Positions 45,360-56,700 of a stretch of 64,000 nt of DNA are shown in pieces. The stretch comes from Bugula neritina (lineage: Eukaryota > Animalia > Bryozoa). The position numbers were made by a program, and so were the translations under genes. The stretch covers positions 6,043,751-6,107,750 of the forward strand of contig OZ037773.1 in the NCBI GenBank assembly GCA_964035545.1, written 5' to 3'. Positions within the stretch are counted from its first letter, which is position 1; each line of letters opens with the position of its first letter. Below the pieces are notes generated by a model. The model did not search any database. It saw only the letters and a list, made by a program, of their open reading frames with translations, and was not told where the DNA came from.

Positions 45360-45903
45360 GCCACACTGTACCACCAGACTAACCACTGTACTACCAGACT
45401 AACTACTGTACCACCAGACTAACTACTGTACCACCAGACTAACTACTTTACCACCAGACTAACTACTGTACCACCAGACTAACTACTGTACCACCAGACT
45501 AACTACTGTACCACCAGACTAACCACTTTACCACCAGACTAACTACTGTACCACCAGACTAACTACTGTACCACCAGACTAACCACTTTACCACCAGACT
45601 AACTACTGTACCACCAGACTAACTACTGTACCACCAGACTAACTACTGTACCACCAGACTAACTACTGTACCACCAGACTATAACCACTGTACCACCAGA
45701 CTAACTACTGTACCACCAGACTAACTACTGTACCACCAGACTAACTACTGTACCACCAGACTATAAACTACTGTACCACCAGACTAACTACTGTACCACC
45801 AGACTAACCACTGTACCACCAGACTAACTACTGTACCACCAGACTAACTACTGTACCACCAGACTAACCACTGTACCACCAGACTAACTACTGTACCACC
45901 AGA
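45360..45903. repeat. 20-bp minisatellite at the duplication junction
   Basis: AACTACTGTACCACCAGACT repeated about 27 times, near-perfect. Confidence 0.97.
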
Positions 45904-47645
45904 TGAATAACTAGCTTATGTTATATTATATTTAAATACAAGTCTAAAGCAGGTCTCATTTCTAGAATGTGCACATTTTGAGTCATTTCATAAGATGCAC
46001 TACCTTACTCATATTGTTTTACAAGTATAAGTATGTTTAAGCGACAAACCAATCTTTATGTCACGAGCAATGCTAAAGTATTATTGCGCACTGAAGCTCA
46101 AATAAATGAACAAAATAGTGAATATATTGAATATCTTATATCAGTTATCTCCCCTGTAAGTTAATAGCTTTTTGATCAGTTAAATGAGTTGATAAAGAGC
46201 AATAGTTTTACAAAAAAAAACATAACGCTAGTTAATGTATGAGATCATGTATTGCATGCATACCAACTTTGGTGAAATAACAATATATTATAATAATACA
46301 TTGTTTGTTACAGATAACTTATAAGTAGAAAGAGGTAACAACTCTTGAAAAGTGTACTCAGAACATGTGAACTTGCCACCCAGCTTTATGTTGACACTAT
46401 TTACATCTCATGACAGCAGCATTGTAATTATATGTTATTATTGAAAATACCAGCATCTTAGTGTGACTGCACCTTGTTTATTCAACTCAAAATATGATAA
46501 ATTTATATGATTATTTTATTAAGTACCACACTTTCTTACACGCAAGGATCTGTAATACAAGGGTGAATTTTACATAATATAACCTTATAATAATTACTTT
46601 AGCCTTTATGGCATTACTAGAAATTAATTTAATTTATATAATAAAAAAATGCCATTCATGTCAACAAACCTGTTTCAGCTCCAGGGAGTAAAAGGATACC
46701 TTCATCATAATTAACTTCAAGATGTAAAGTGCACACAACTCTACTGCCTACGGTATAAATCTGATATAATATTGTTAAGATCTTATTCAACAGAAATTAC
46801 AAGGAGTTGCTTCCACATGATTGTATTGCAAAGCTAGCACTTTAGCTCAGCGGTGAGGCAACTTCAATAAAATACATGCATGTATCTTTGAACAGCTGCC
46901 AGTTTAAGCTTTAGCAAACCATAATATTATATATCATGAGTTATAGTGTTTTACACTTGAAACTTGTGCATGTAACATAACAGTGCTTTGAATATATTCA
47001 TTTTGCTAAATAGTTTTTAATATTCCCAAAACGAAATGTAAACAAATGTATTATTTTAGTAAAATGTAGACCTGCTGAAATATACTTATGACTAGAACTA
47101 TACACTCTAAAATGCAGCATGATATTATGTAACAGACAGTGAATAAAATATAGATTGTGGTATATTGAGGCAAAGCTAGTATTAGCTCCTACCAACTCTA
47201 TGATTTTTCAGCTGAAACACTATTCTAAAAGTTACCTGATATTTAAATGAGTCCAATTAATGGCAAATTTTAAGTTAGGACTTTCAGAACAACGTAAATG
47301 CCGTTCAAAAGAGCTCATTTGGCATTAGTCTTGAATCACATATTTGTTATGAAAGTATAAGTTAACTTTCAGAACAGTTCAAGAACAGCTCTGCTTCATT
47401 CTTTCTAAAACTATTGCCACCAGCCTTTAAAAATCAATATTAGTGTGCAATAACATTAATATTCTTTTGTATAGAATCTTCATAGCTTTGTACTCAGGGC
47501 AAATGATGTCGTGCAACATGAACACAAATATTCTATAGCAACATTCTTGAATGGCTAAATACAATGAAATATTACTTTCCTGGGGTCTTCTACTTCTTTG
47601 GTACAAGGATTTAACCACAAAATATTTGTTTGCTGCTAGACAACA

Positions 47646-47820
47646 GGAAAAACCCACCCCCAACTAAATTCCAATGATTAGAGAAATATTAGTAGACCGC
47701 CTACTTGAACAGTTTAGCACGCCCACTCAGTTGCCAATCAGCAGAAGTAGTATAAAAGATGGATTAGGCCACAGCACATATTTGGATGCCAGAGTTTAGT
47801 GAAGATCAAAAACTGAAACT
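47646..47820 (+). promoter_or_regulatory. Pol II promoter of orphan gene copy 2
   Basis: GGAAAAACCC (47646), CACGCCC, CCAAT (~47734), TATAAAAG (47751) and AAAACTGAAACT (~47809). Confidence 0.62.
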
Positions 47821-47831
47821 CAGAGTCAAGC

Positions 47832-47950
47832 ATGGATTGTTCTAGGTGAGATTGTAGCAGCTGCCACATTTTTATGTAGTAGTATATTATTATTACTATA
47901 TTCATATATTATTGTATAGTTGCTTTAAGATATATATATATATAATATAC

Positions 47951-48030
<80 letters not shown>

Positions 48031-49214
48031 GATTATTTTATTCCATTCTTATGTAATATGTATTATTGCGCAATTATATAAAACACTAAGCATTATATAT
48101 TATTATGCTATGTAGTCGCATGTATAGGCTTGACATGTTGCTTTGCCTAAATGTGTTGTTGAACTTTGAAAGGCAGCTCTGAGTTGTAGATATAAATAAA
48201 TTTTCTGTAAAATATGCTTATACAGCCTGTACTAAATATTTTTATGAAATTGATTACCAAATCAAATGGGATTTATATACAAAAATGTATTTTAAGCTTA
48301 ACTTGTTGTATATTTACTTGCCTTATGACAGTATCTCTTTGAAAAGGTGATTATTAACATTGTTTTACAGGCTCAAAATCCGTCGCAAAAGAAACAGCGT
48401 TCGGAGATAATGCAAATATCTGAAAGGTAAAAATATTTAATTACCACAATTTAAAAAAAAAACTTTGTAGAAATTTTTTTCAAGCCTGTTTACCAAATTC
48501 AATGTACTACAATATTGTCATTATGTGCCTGCACGGGTGTCAAATACAATAGCTATAATAGAATTGCTACGCTATTTCAAGTTAAAAACAAACTTCACAA
48601 TATTCTTTCAAAGAGCTGCTCGCGTTTTCAAAAAAATACCCCCCAGTATCAGGAGAAGACAATGCCCATTGATTAAAATAGATGAAAGGTGTCCACTTTT
48701 TCATAATTTTGTTATTCAAGTTCCCTTAAAAAAGTGGATGGAAATAACTGTGGTTCCAATAAAAGATGACAGATTTGTTACTGTCTGGGCCTTGCCCGAC
48801 CAAGCGAATAAGTCTGATAAGCTTTTGAACGGTCATGTCAAAATAATTGCTCCATATCATGATTCAGACAATAAGGCAATCTTTAATGACAACATTGAAA
48901 TGAAATCTGATGTAGGTTTAAATGACCTGTTGAGAACAACTGAAAGGTGTCCACTATTTAATTTTGTTATTCAAGTTTCTTTAAAGAAGTGGATGGAAAT
49001 AACTGTGGCCCCAATAAAATATGACAGATTTGTTACAATCTGGGCCTTGCCCGACCAAGCGAATAAGTCTGATGAGTTTTTGAACTGTCATGTCGAAATA
49101 ATTGCTCCATATCATGATTCAGACAATAAGGCAATCTTTAATGACAACATTGAAAAGAAATCTGATGTAGGTTTAAATGACCTGTTGAGAACAACTGAAA
49201 GGTGTCCACTGTAA
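47832..49214 (+). pseudogene. Orphan gene copy 2, internally deleted and truncated by an LTR
   Basis: Exon 1 ends at 47845 and exon 2 is 48371-48426. Homology to the copy 1 intron stops at ~48663 and jumps into two in-frame repeats of 258 and 255 bp. The stop TAA (49212-49214) lies inside the LTR starting at 49210. Confidence 0.5.
47955..48027. repeat. (TA)n microsatellite
   Basis: Pure TA run in intron 1 of copy 2. Confidence 0.95.
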
Positions 49215-49349
49215 TAAGATGCGTGAATTACCTGGCAAGTCTAGTTAGCTGCTCCAGTGCGTCCGTCTTATTTGCGTGGTAAACCCAAGATTCCATTTTG
49301 CATATCTATTCTCGTCTTTTGTGTTAGCCAATAGCAACATTCTATTATA
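49210..49349 (-). repeat. Putative 140-bp 3' LTR of element A
   Basis: Termini TGTAATA...TATTATA, adjacent to the minus-strand polypurine tract AGAGGGAGGA (49350-49359). Confidence 0.7.
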
Positions 49350-52166
49350 TCCTCCCTCTAAGCTTGATGTTTCACTTTTACGACATGTCATAGAATTGAA
49401 TAGCAAATTTCATGTCAACAGTACTTTTTAAAATTATCCTTTACTTCGGTCTTCTTAATTTTTCATTTTCATTTTCATCTTTGTTTTTTTGAGAGCAGGC
49501 CTAGTGCATAAGACAAACAAAGAAACAAAAAAATTAACCAAAAACCAACTACTAGGCAGCCAAACTATGGCTATAAGTCTAGCCTTTCTGGCTGTCATAT
49601 CGTTCGACCACTCCTAGTTCTCCGAGTAGATTTATATGGTTCCCGAGTTGGCAACGGTTTATTGTCTTTGTTCATGGTTTCTGGACCGGCCAAATCTAAA
49701 GAGGTAGATACTTCAAACCGCTGACGAGTGTTGGGCTCCTCTAGAGATTGCTTCTAAATAACAGTAAAATCTTCTGCTGTCGGTGGCGTAATATTAGCTG
49801 CTTTAGAAATTTGAGAGCTGTTTCTACGTAGCAATACCCCCGAGTCGTTTGACGCTACAATTTCTCTGCCTTTAGTTGCAATTACAACCCCGTTTTTCAA
49901 CTGACTTCTATCTTTGATATTTATTGCCTAACCTACTTCCATTGGTTCTCTTCCTCTAGCCCGATGCCTTCTGTTGTAATAGAGCGCTTGTATCCTTTGT
50001 TGACTAGCCTCAAACTGCCGAAGCCGGCTCAAATTAACACTTTTGTTCAGCATGATGCCCATTGAATTCAGGGACCGACCGAACAAAAGCTCAGCTAGTG
50101 AGTACCCGTTGGCCAAGGGTGTGTCTCTGTACGCATACAGTGCAGCCTGAATGTTGATGTTTTTTTTCTTCATCAAGCCCTTCATCGTCTGAACAACTCG
50201 TTCCGCCTCACCATTTGACTGGGGATGCTTCAGAGAACTGGTTATGTGTTTAACATCCTATTTTGACAGAAAATACTGCAGTCTATTGGACACAAATTGC
50301 GTTTCATTATCACTGACTAATGAATTAGGAATGCCTAACAAGCAGAAAAGTGTTTCGAGCTTGGAAACTATAGTTTTTGTGTCGGAAGACACATTGAGTT
50401 CATTAACAGTAATGTACCTGCTGTAGTAATCTACCACTATTAAATATATTCTTCCATCCTTGGTACATAGGTCAACTGCTAAACGCCACCATGGTTTCTC
50501 AGGCCAAGAAGAACAGACCAGAGGCTCCCGAGGTTTTAATCAAAATTCTTCACGCTTAGAACAACTCTTCACTAACGATTTAATATCAGCTGTCATTCCA
50601 GGCCGGCACCACACCACATCAACTGCCCTACAAATACATTTAGTCTCTCTTTGGTGACCATCGTATATTTTCTTCAAAACCCGGTCTCTCTCAACTTTCG
50701 GAATGTATAGACGATTTACAAAAAATATTACTCCTTAAACTGTGGTCAAGCTGTCTCTGAACGTGTAAAATTGCTTCATAGACGAGTCGACATCCTTTGC
50801 TCTAGGCCACCCCTCTATAAGCTATTTCAAGAGAATCCTACCTTCATCTTCTGTCCACATAGCAGCCTGAATGCGGCGCAGACGAGTTGGAGAAACAGGC
50901 AGAGCATCTATTAGCTCCTGCACCAGCAAAGGTTCTCCTTGGGCCGCCTGTGGTCCTGAGTAAGGGGCCCTAGACAGGGCATCAGCCAGTACCAACTTCC
51001 TACCTGGTGTAAAGACCACATCATAGGTGAATGACATCATCCCTAATCTAAACCGTTGCACCCGGACAGGTAATTTGGTTAATTCCTTCTCACCCATAAT
51101 TGAGAGCAGAGGCTTGTGATCAGTCTCCACCGTGAACTGACGACCTGCCAGAAAGTAATGAAACTTTTCAAAAGCCCAGCAGATTGCTAGAGCCTCTTTT
51201 CAATCTGTGCGTATCGCTACTCAGCACTACTCAGAGACCTAGATGTAAAGGCCACATGCTTCCAGACCCCATCAACTAATTGCAGCAATGCCGCCCCAAG
51301 ACCAAACAATGACGAGTATGCACTGAGCATCGTTTTTTCTATGAAGACTGTACGGAACTAGAGTCGGAGTGCTGGCCATCATAGACTTCAGGCATGCAAA
51401 TTATTTCTCCTGTACTGGCCCCCAGTACCAATCAGAATTTTTACCAAGCAATTGACGCAGCTTTCCCAAATTTTCAGCAATAGTAGCAGAGAATTTTCCC
51501 ATATAGTTCACCATGCCAAAAAACCTGCGCAGCTCCTGTCTATTACATGGGTTTGGAAACCTCGTCACAGCCATTGTCTTTTCTGAGTCAGCTTTAATAC
51601 CCTCGGCACCTATGATATGACCAAGAAACCTTAACTCAGTTTTCCCAAATTTACATTTTTTCGCATTAAGGGTGATTCCACTTTCCTCAAGTTTCTTCAA
51701 AACTTGCCCTAGCCGATCGTCATGCTTCCTTTAATTCTCCGCATAAATTAGAATATTGTCCATCTGACACACGTCTCCTAGCAAACCTGCAAGCACTTTT
51801 TTCTTCACGGAAAATTTGCGGGCAGAACTGATACCAAAAGGCAGACGCTTACACCAGTACCTACCAAATGGTGTGATGACTGTGGTGAAGTGATAAGAGT
51901 CAGGCTGTAATATCATCTGCCAATATCCACAGTTGGCATCCAATTTGCTGAATATACGAACATTTCCTAGTTTACTGAGTCTTTCATCTGATATTCGCAA
52001 AGGGTGGTATTCCCACTTGACGGCTTTATTCAGTCGAGTAAAATCAACACAAACCCTTATTTTTCCATCTTTCTTAGGCACAATGACACAAGGAGAACAC
52101 CATTCAGTGGGTCTTTCTACCTGTTAAATTACCCCCAACTTTTCCATCCAACGGAGCTCATCATAC

Positions 52167-52731
52167 TGTAATGGATTTTCACCCTCTATTAGTTTTTAAC
52201 TGCGTGAGTCAGTATTATAACTACTGTTGCGTATCGTTTTGAATGCTGTAATTATAGCTAAGTTGCACTAGCTTTCTAATGCCTTATTATTGTGATTAAG
52301 CTTTCAGTATAATGTAATTTTCATTAAATACGCATTTCCAGAGTTATTTTCCCTTTTTGCTATTTCATCGTTTTGCATTAATACTGATACTGGAAATTTG
52401 TGTAGCTTTTATGAATGCCTTCAATAGGTTGTTATTATAGCTAAATTCTTGGCCTATTGAATTATTCATTCTCCTTTGTCTATTTTTCTTTTGTTACTGT
52501 CAAGCTTAACTTTCTTTTGTCTGTTGGAACATTCTAGATGTGAATTCTTGTGTATAAAAGCAGGCGAGTTTCCAGTGTAGCTTCAGACTACTACTGGAGC
52601 TCGCTGGTAGTAGGACCACATGAGCTGTATCTGATACAATAAAGGTTATCCTCATTTGTACTCAAATACTTGGCTTATTCTTTCTAGAGCATGTAGGCAC
52701 TAGTTGCATTCAGAACCCACAGTTTACTACA
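52167..52731 (+). repeat. 5' LTR of element B
   Basis: Direct repeat of 58950-59514. AP-1-like TGAGTCA at 52205, TATAAAAG at 52553, AATAAA at ~52638. Confidence 0.97.
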
Positions 52732-52732
52732 T

Positions 52733-52751
52733 TGGTGGCAGCGGTGGGATT
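52733..52751 (+). promoter_or_regulatory. Primer-binding site, tRNA-Leu
   Basis: TGGTGGCAGCGGTGGGATT is complementary to the 3' end (AATCCCACCGCTGCCA-CCA) of metazoan tRNA-Leu(AAG/TAG type). Confidence 0.88.
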
Positions 52752-52781
52752 TTCGAATAACTAGTTGCCGAGCGGCGCGCA

Positions 52782-53687
52782 ATGGCCCCAGGGGACTCAG
52801 CCCCTGAGGCAGCAACACCACCAGCCCTCACTGTTGAGGCGCTGGTCACAGCCCTCCAGAGATTGCGGGGTCAAGGACAGGCATCACCTGGTGACAGGTA
52901 TCGCCTCCAGCCCCCGAATTTCGGAGGAGAAGGAGACGTAGAGCAATTCATCAGGGAGTTCCAGGATGTGGCCACCATCGCTGAATGGCCAGTACGGGTG
53001 CGCATCCTCCAACTCCGGGCCTGTCTGACAGGCCGGGCCAAGAGCTTCGCTCTTGGGCCTGATGAAGAGCACATCATGCGGGCTCTCAGAGCCCGGTTTG
53101 GCCTAACAGCCGAAGAAGCAGCTGATCATTTGCAGATAATGAGGAGGGACCGGAGGACTCCTCTGGAAGATCACGCTAACGAGGTAGAGCGCCTGGCTCA
53201 GGCTGCTTTCGGTCAAGCCACTGGCGACGACCGGAAGCGCCTCGTTTATAACGCGTTCTTCCGGAGCGTTAATCACCCGGACCTGCAGCGATACTGGCTG
53301 GCCGCCAAGGTCAACAGTATAGAAGAAGCACTGGAAATGGGGAAGGCTTACTTCCAGGTGGAAGAGCCTAGGCGACCGAGCTATACAGCCCGCCAAGTGG
53401 TCGAGGAGCATGAGGAGACCACCCCACTTCCAACTCCACAGGTAGCAGCAGCTGCAACTAAATCACCCGAGCAGATGCAGCTCACCATGTTAATGGACAT
53501 GATGAAAGGCCTGCAGGCTACGGTGACGAAGTTGCAGAGCGAACAGGCGGATAGGCGGGCTCCCCGATCACGGGACAACCCTGTCCGCCCATCTCTGCTA
53601 ACCTGTTGGGGGTGCGGGGCGCAAGGGCACGTGAGGAGGCACTGCCCTAGAGGCCAAGGGCCTTTAAACACCCAAGGCTCACGGTAA
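52782..53687 (+). CDS. gag: Gag (301 aa)
   Basis: Capsid-like PPNFGGEGDVEQFIREF..W segment and CCHC knuckle CWGCGAQGHVRRHC. Confidence 0.95.
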   Translation: MAPGDSAPEAATPPALTVEALVTALQRLRGQGQASPGDRYRLQPPNFGGEGDVEQFIREFQDVATIAEWPVRVRILQLRACLTGRAKSFALGPDEEHIMRALRARFGLTAEEAADHLQIMRRDRRTPLEDHANEVERLAQAAFGQATGDDRKRLVYNAFFRSVNHPDLQRYWLAAKVNSIEEALEMGKAYFQVEEPRRPSYTARQVVEEHEETTPLPTPQVAAAATKSPEQMQLTMLMDMMKGLQATVTKLQSEQADRRAPRSRDNPVRPSLLTCWGCGAQGHVRRHCPRGQGPLNTQGSR

Positions 53688-53739
53688 CTTCCGCCAACCG
53701 TGGGCCTCACGCCAATCCCATCCGGGATAGGACTCGGAG
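53663..53739 (+). promoter_or_regulatory. -1 programmed ribosomal frameshift signal
   Basis: T_TTA_AAC in the gag frame, a 5-6-nt spacer, then a stem GGCTCACGG/CCGTGGGCC. Confidence 0.85.
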
Positions 53740-56700
53740 AGGAGAAGAAGAGACCTCCACAGGGTCTGCCGATACCGAGTGGCAGAGGCCACGGAGATCT
53801 CGGAGACCGCAAGGTCTACCCGATCCTCCGGCCGTGCCACTCGAGACCCGGATGCAGCTAGAAGAAGCAGGATGGCAGGCACCTCGGAGATCTCGGAGAC
53901 CGCAAGGTCTGCCCGATCCTCCGGCCTGGCCACTCCAGAACCGGTTCGCGGGGTTGCCCGAGGAGGTTGTGGAGGAGGATTCAGCTTACTCGCAAGAGTA
54001 CCCCAAGCTACCCTCCCGACCTCAGAAAACCCCCGTTGTCTCTAAGACGAAGAGGAGGCCCGCTGTGCGGACCCAAGTTGTGTCTCCCCCAGAGACTGAC
54101 CGCTCCAGGAGCACCCAGCCGTATGGAAGCAGCTACTTCCTACCCGGAAAGATTTCGGGTAAAGCTGCCACATTCCTACTGGATACTGGGTGCACTACCA
54201 ACCTGCTGAGTAGGCGTCTCTTTGACACTCTTGGTGCACGAGAGCGGGCGAGCCTCGAGCCGTATGAAGGTGCGCATGGTACGTTGGCGGACGGATCATG
54301 CATTCCTTTCTACGGCGTCATTTCACTACCTGGACGCGTCCGTGATCAAGCAATTCACGAGACGTTCATAGTCAGCCAGCTGAAGGAGGACGCCATCCTG
54401 GGAATGCCGTTTCTGGAGAAACACCAGTGTCACATGGATTTCCAGAAGTCAGTGGTGGTGATGGCTGGGAAGGAACTTGTCTGCGTCGACAAGTTCGGAA
54501 GGCCCTTGGTGGGCGGAGTCCAGGTAGTGCGGGACTGCACGGTTCCGGGGAGATCCCAGGCGACTCTTCGCTGCAGAGTCAACTGCAAGGGGATCGCCGA
54601 CCTGGGGGTGGTTGAGGGAACGCACGGAGCGATCCGACTAGCAAACAGCCTAAATCGGCTAGATTGTCGGCAGGAGCTCCTCGTGCAGTGCATCAACCCC
54701 TTCACGGAACCTGTCCGATTATCGGCTGGAGCGCTGGTGGGGAAGTACCACTCCATCCAGGAAGCGGATGTGGGTCCAGCACTGGAGACAGTGGCCGACA
54801 CCCAGGGGAACCCCCCTCACACCAGACGAGGAGCAGTCCCGGAGCATATGGCTGACCTGTATGATGGAGCGTGTGGAAACTGTACAAGTAGTACTGAACG
54901 CCAAGTACTGGCTCAACTACTTGCGGAGTACAGTGATGTCTTCAGTCGTGGCGATGGAGACATGGGGCTGACCAAGGTCATCTCCCACGAGATACCCCTG
55001 GCAGCCGGCACCACTCCCATCAGGCAGCCTACCCGGCGTCTAGGCCCGGAGAAGGAGAAGGAGGTGAGCCGACAGGTACAGGATCTTCTCGACCGGGATC
55101 TGATTGAGCCTGCCCACGGTGCGTGGAGCTCTCCAGTAGTCCTGGTCAAGAAGAAGGATGGTAGCTGGAGATTCTGCGTGGACTACCGCAGACTCAACAG
55201 CGTTACCATCCAGGATGCCTACCCTCTCCCACGGATAGATGAGTCTCTGGATGCCCTCGCGGGTAGCAAGTACTTCAGTACTTTGGATCTGCTTAGCGGG
55301 TACTGGCAAGTACCCCTCAGTCCTGATGCCCAGGACAAAGCAGCGTTCATCACCCGCGACGGGCTCTGGAAGTGGAAAGTACTGCCATTTGGACTAACGT
55401 CCGCTCCGGCAACTTTCCAACGGCTCATGGAGCAGGTCCTCAGTGGGTTACACTGGAAGACCCTCCTCATCTATCTGGACGACGTCATTGTCATCTCCCC
55501 AGACTTCTCGACTCATGTCAGTCGTCTGCGGGAGGTCTTTGACCGTCTCCGGGCAGCTGGACTGAAGCTGAAGCCCTCCAAGTGTGCACTCCTGCAGCCG
55601 GAAGTCACGTACCTGGGCCATGTGGTTGGCCGTAATGGGGTCGCTACCGACCCGGAGAAGGTACAGGCTGTGAAGGAGTGGACTGTCCCCCGTGACCTCC
55701 CTGAGTTGCGCGCGTTCCTGGGCCTAGTAGGGTACTACCGGCAGTACATACCTGGCTTCGCAGGAGTGGCTCAGCCGTTGAATCGGCTGACCGCAAAGGG
55801 GGTCCGGTGGCAGTGGACACAGGAGGAGCAGCAGGCATTCGACCACCTCAAGCAGCGGCTAATGGAGGCGCCAATTCTGGCGTATCCTGATCCAGCCCAA
55901 GAGTACATCCTGGACACCGATGCCAGCGACCACAGCGTGGGAGCTGTCCTGTCTCAAGTCCAGGGTGGAAGTGAGGTGGTCGTGGCTTACTACAGCAAGA
56001 CTCTCGCGGCCGCCGAGAAGAACTACTGCACCACTAGGAAGGAACTCCTAGCAGTAGTCAAGGCGGTCAAGCACTTTCGGCCATATCTGTATGGGAGAAC
56101 GTTCCGTTTGCGAACAGACCATGCATCACTGATATGGCTGTGTAAACGTGCGGAGCCCTCGAGCCAGGTGGCTCGTTGGCTAGAGATTCTTGCCGAGTTC
56201 TCTTACCGGATAGAGCACCGTGCTGGCCGGAAGCACGGGAACGCCGACGGCATGAGCCGCCGGCCGGTAGAGGACTGTAAGCAATGCCTGCACATTGAGA
56301 AGCGGGACGGGGGACCCGCTCGCCTTGACGTGGAAACAGAGTTAGGGGAGGGCGCCGTCTATCGGTGGGAGCACGGCCATCTTCGGACCGAAACCCACTC
56401 AGACGACGTCCAGGCACTTCACGCCAACCCCACTCTGTACCAGAATGTCAAGGAGCTGTGCCGACTCCAGGAGACGCTACCCGGCGCGGTAGCGGACATT
56501 TTCCGGGCCAAGAAGGAGGGCCGACGACCTAGCGAGGAACAGCAGCGGCAGGGAGACGTTGAGTTCCAACTCCTCTGTCGTCGCTGGGATGCCCTCAAGG
56601 TCAGTCCTGATGGCCTCCTGATGATAACGTTAGCAGCAGACAACCGTCAGCAAGAGAGGGACCGCGTCGTCTGTCCACGCGCCCTCCGACGGGAACTGAT

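Larger units (their letters stand above)
40290..49209 (+). repeat. Tandem segmental duplication (copy 1 from 40290, copy 2 from 45939, period ~5.65 kb)
   Basis: CAAGTCTAAAGCAGGTCTCATTTCTAGAATGTGCAC occurs at 40290 and 45939. Colinear similarity continues to CAGGAGAAGACAAT at ~42880 and ~48650. Confidence 0.92.

Noticed and set aside
45360-45903. Regular array resembling a CRISPR (also 5192-5800)
   Set aside because: Head-to-tail units with no unique spacers, no cas genes, and a eukaryotic context.
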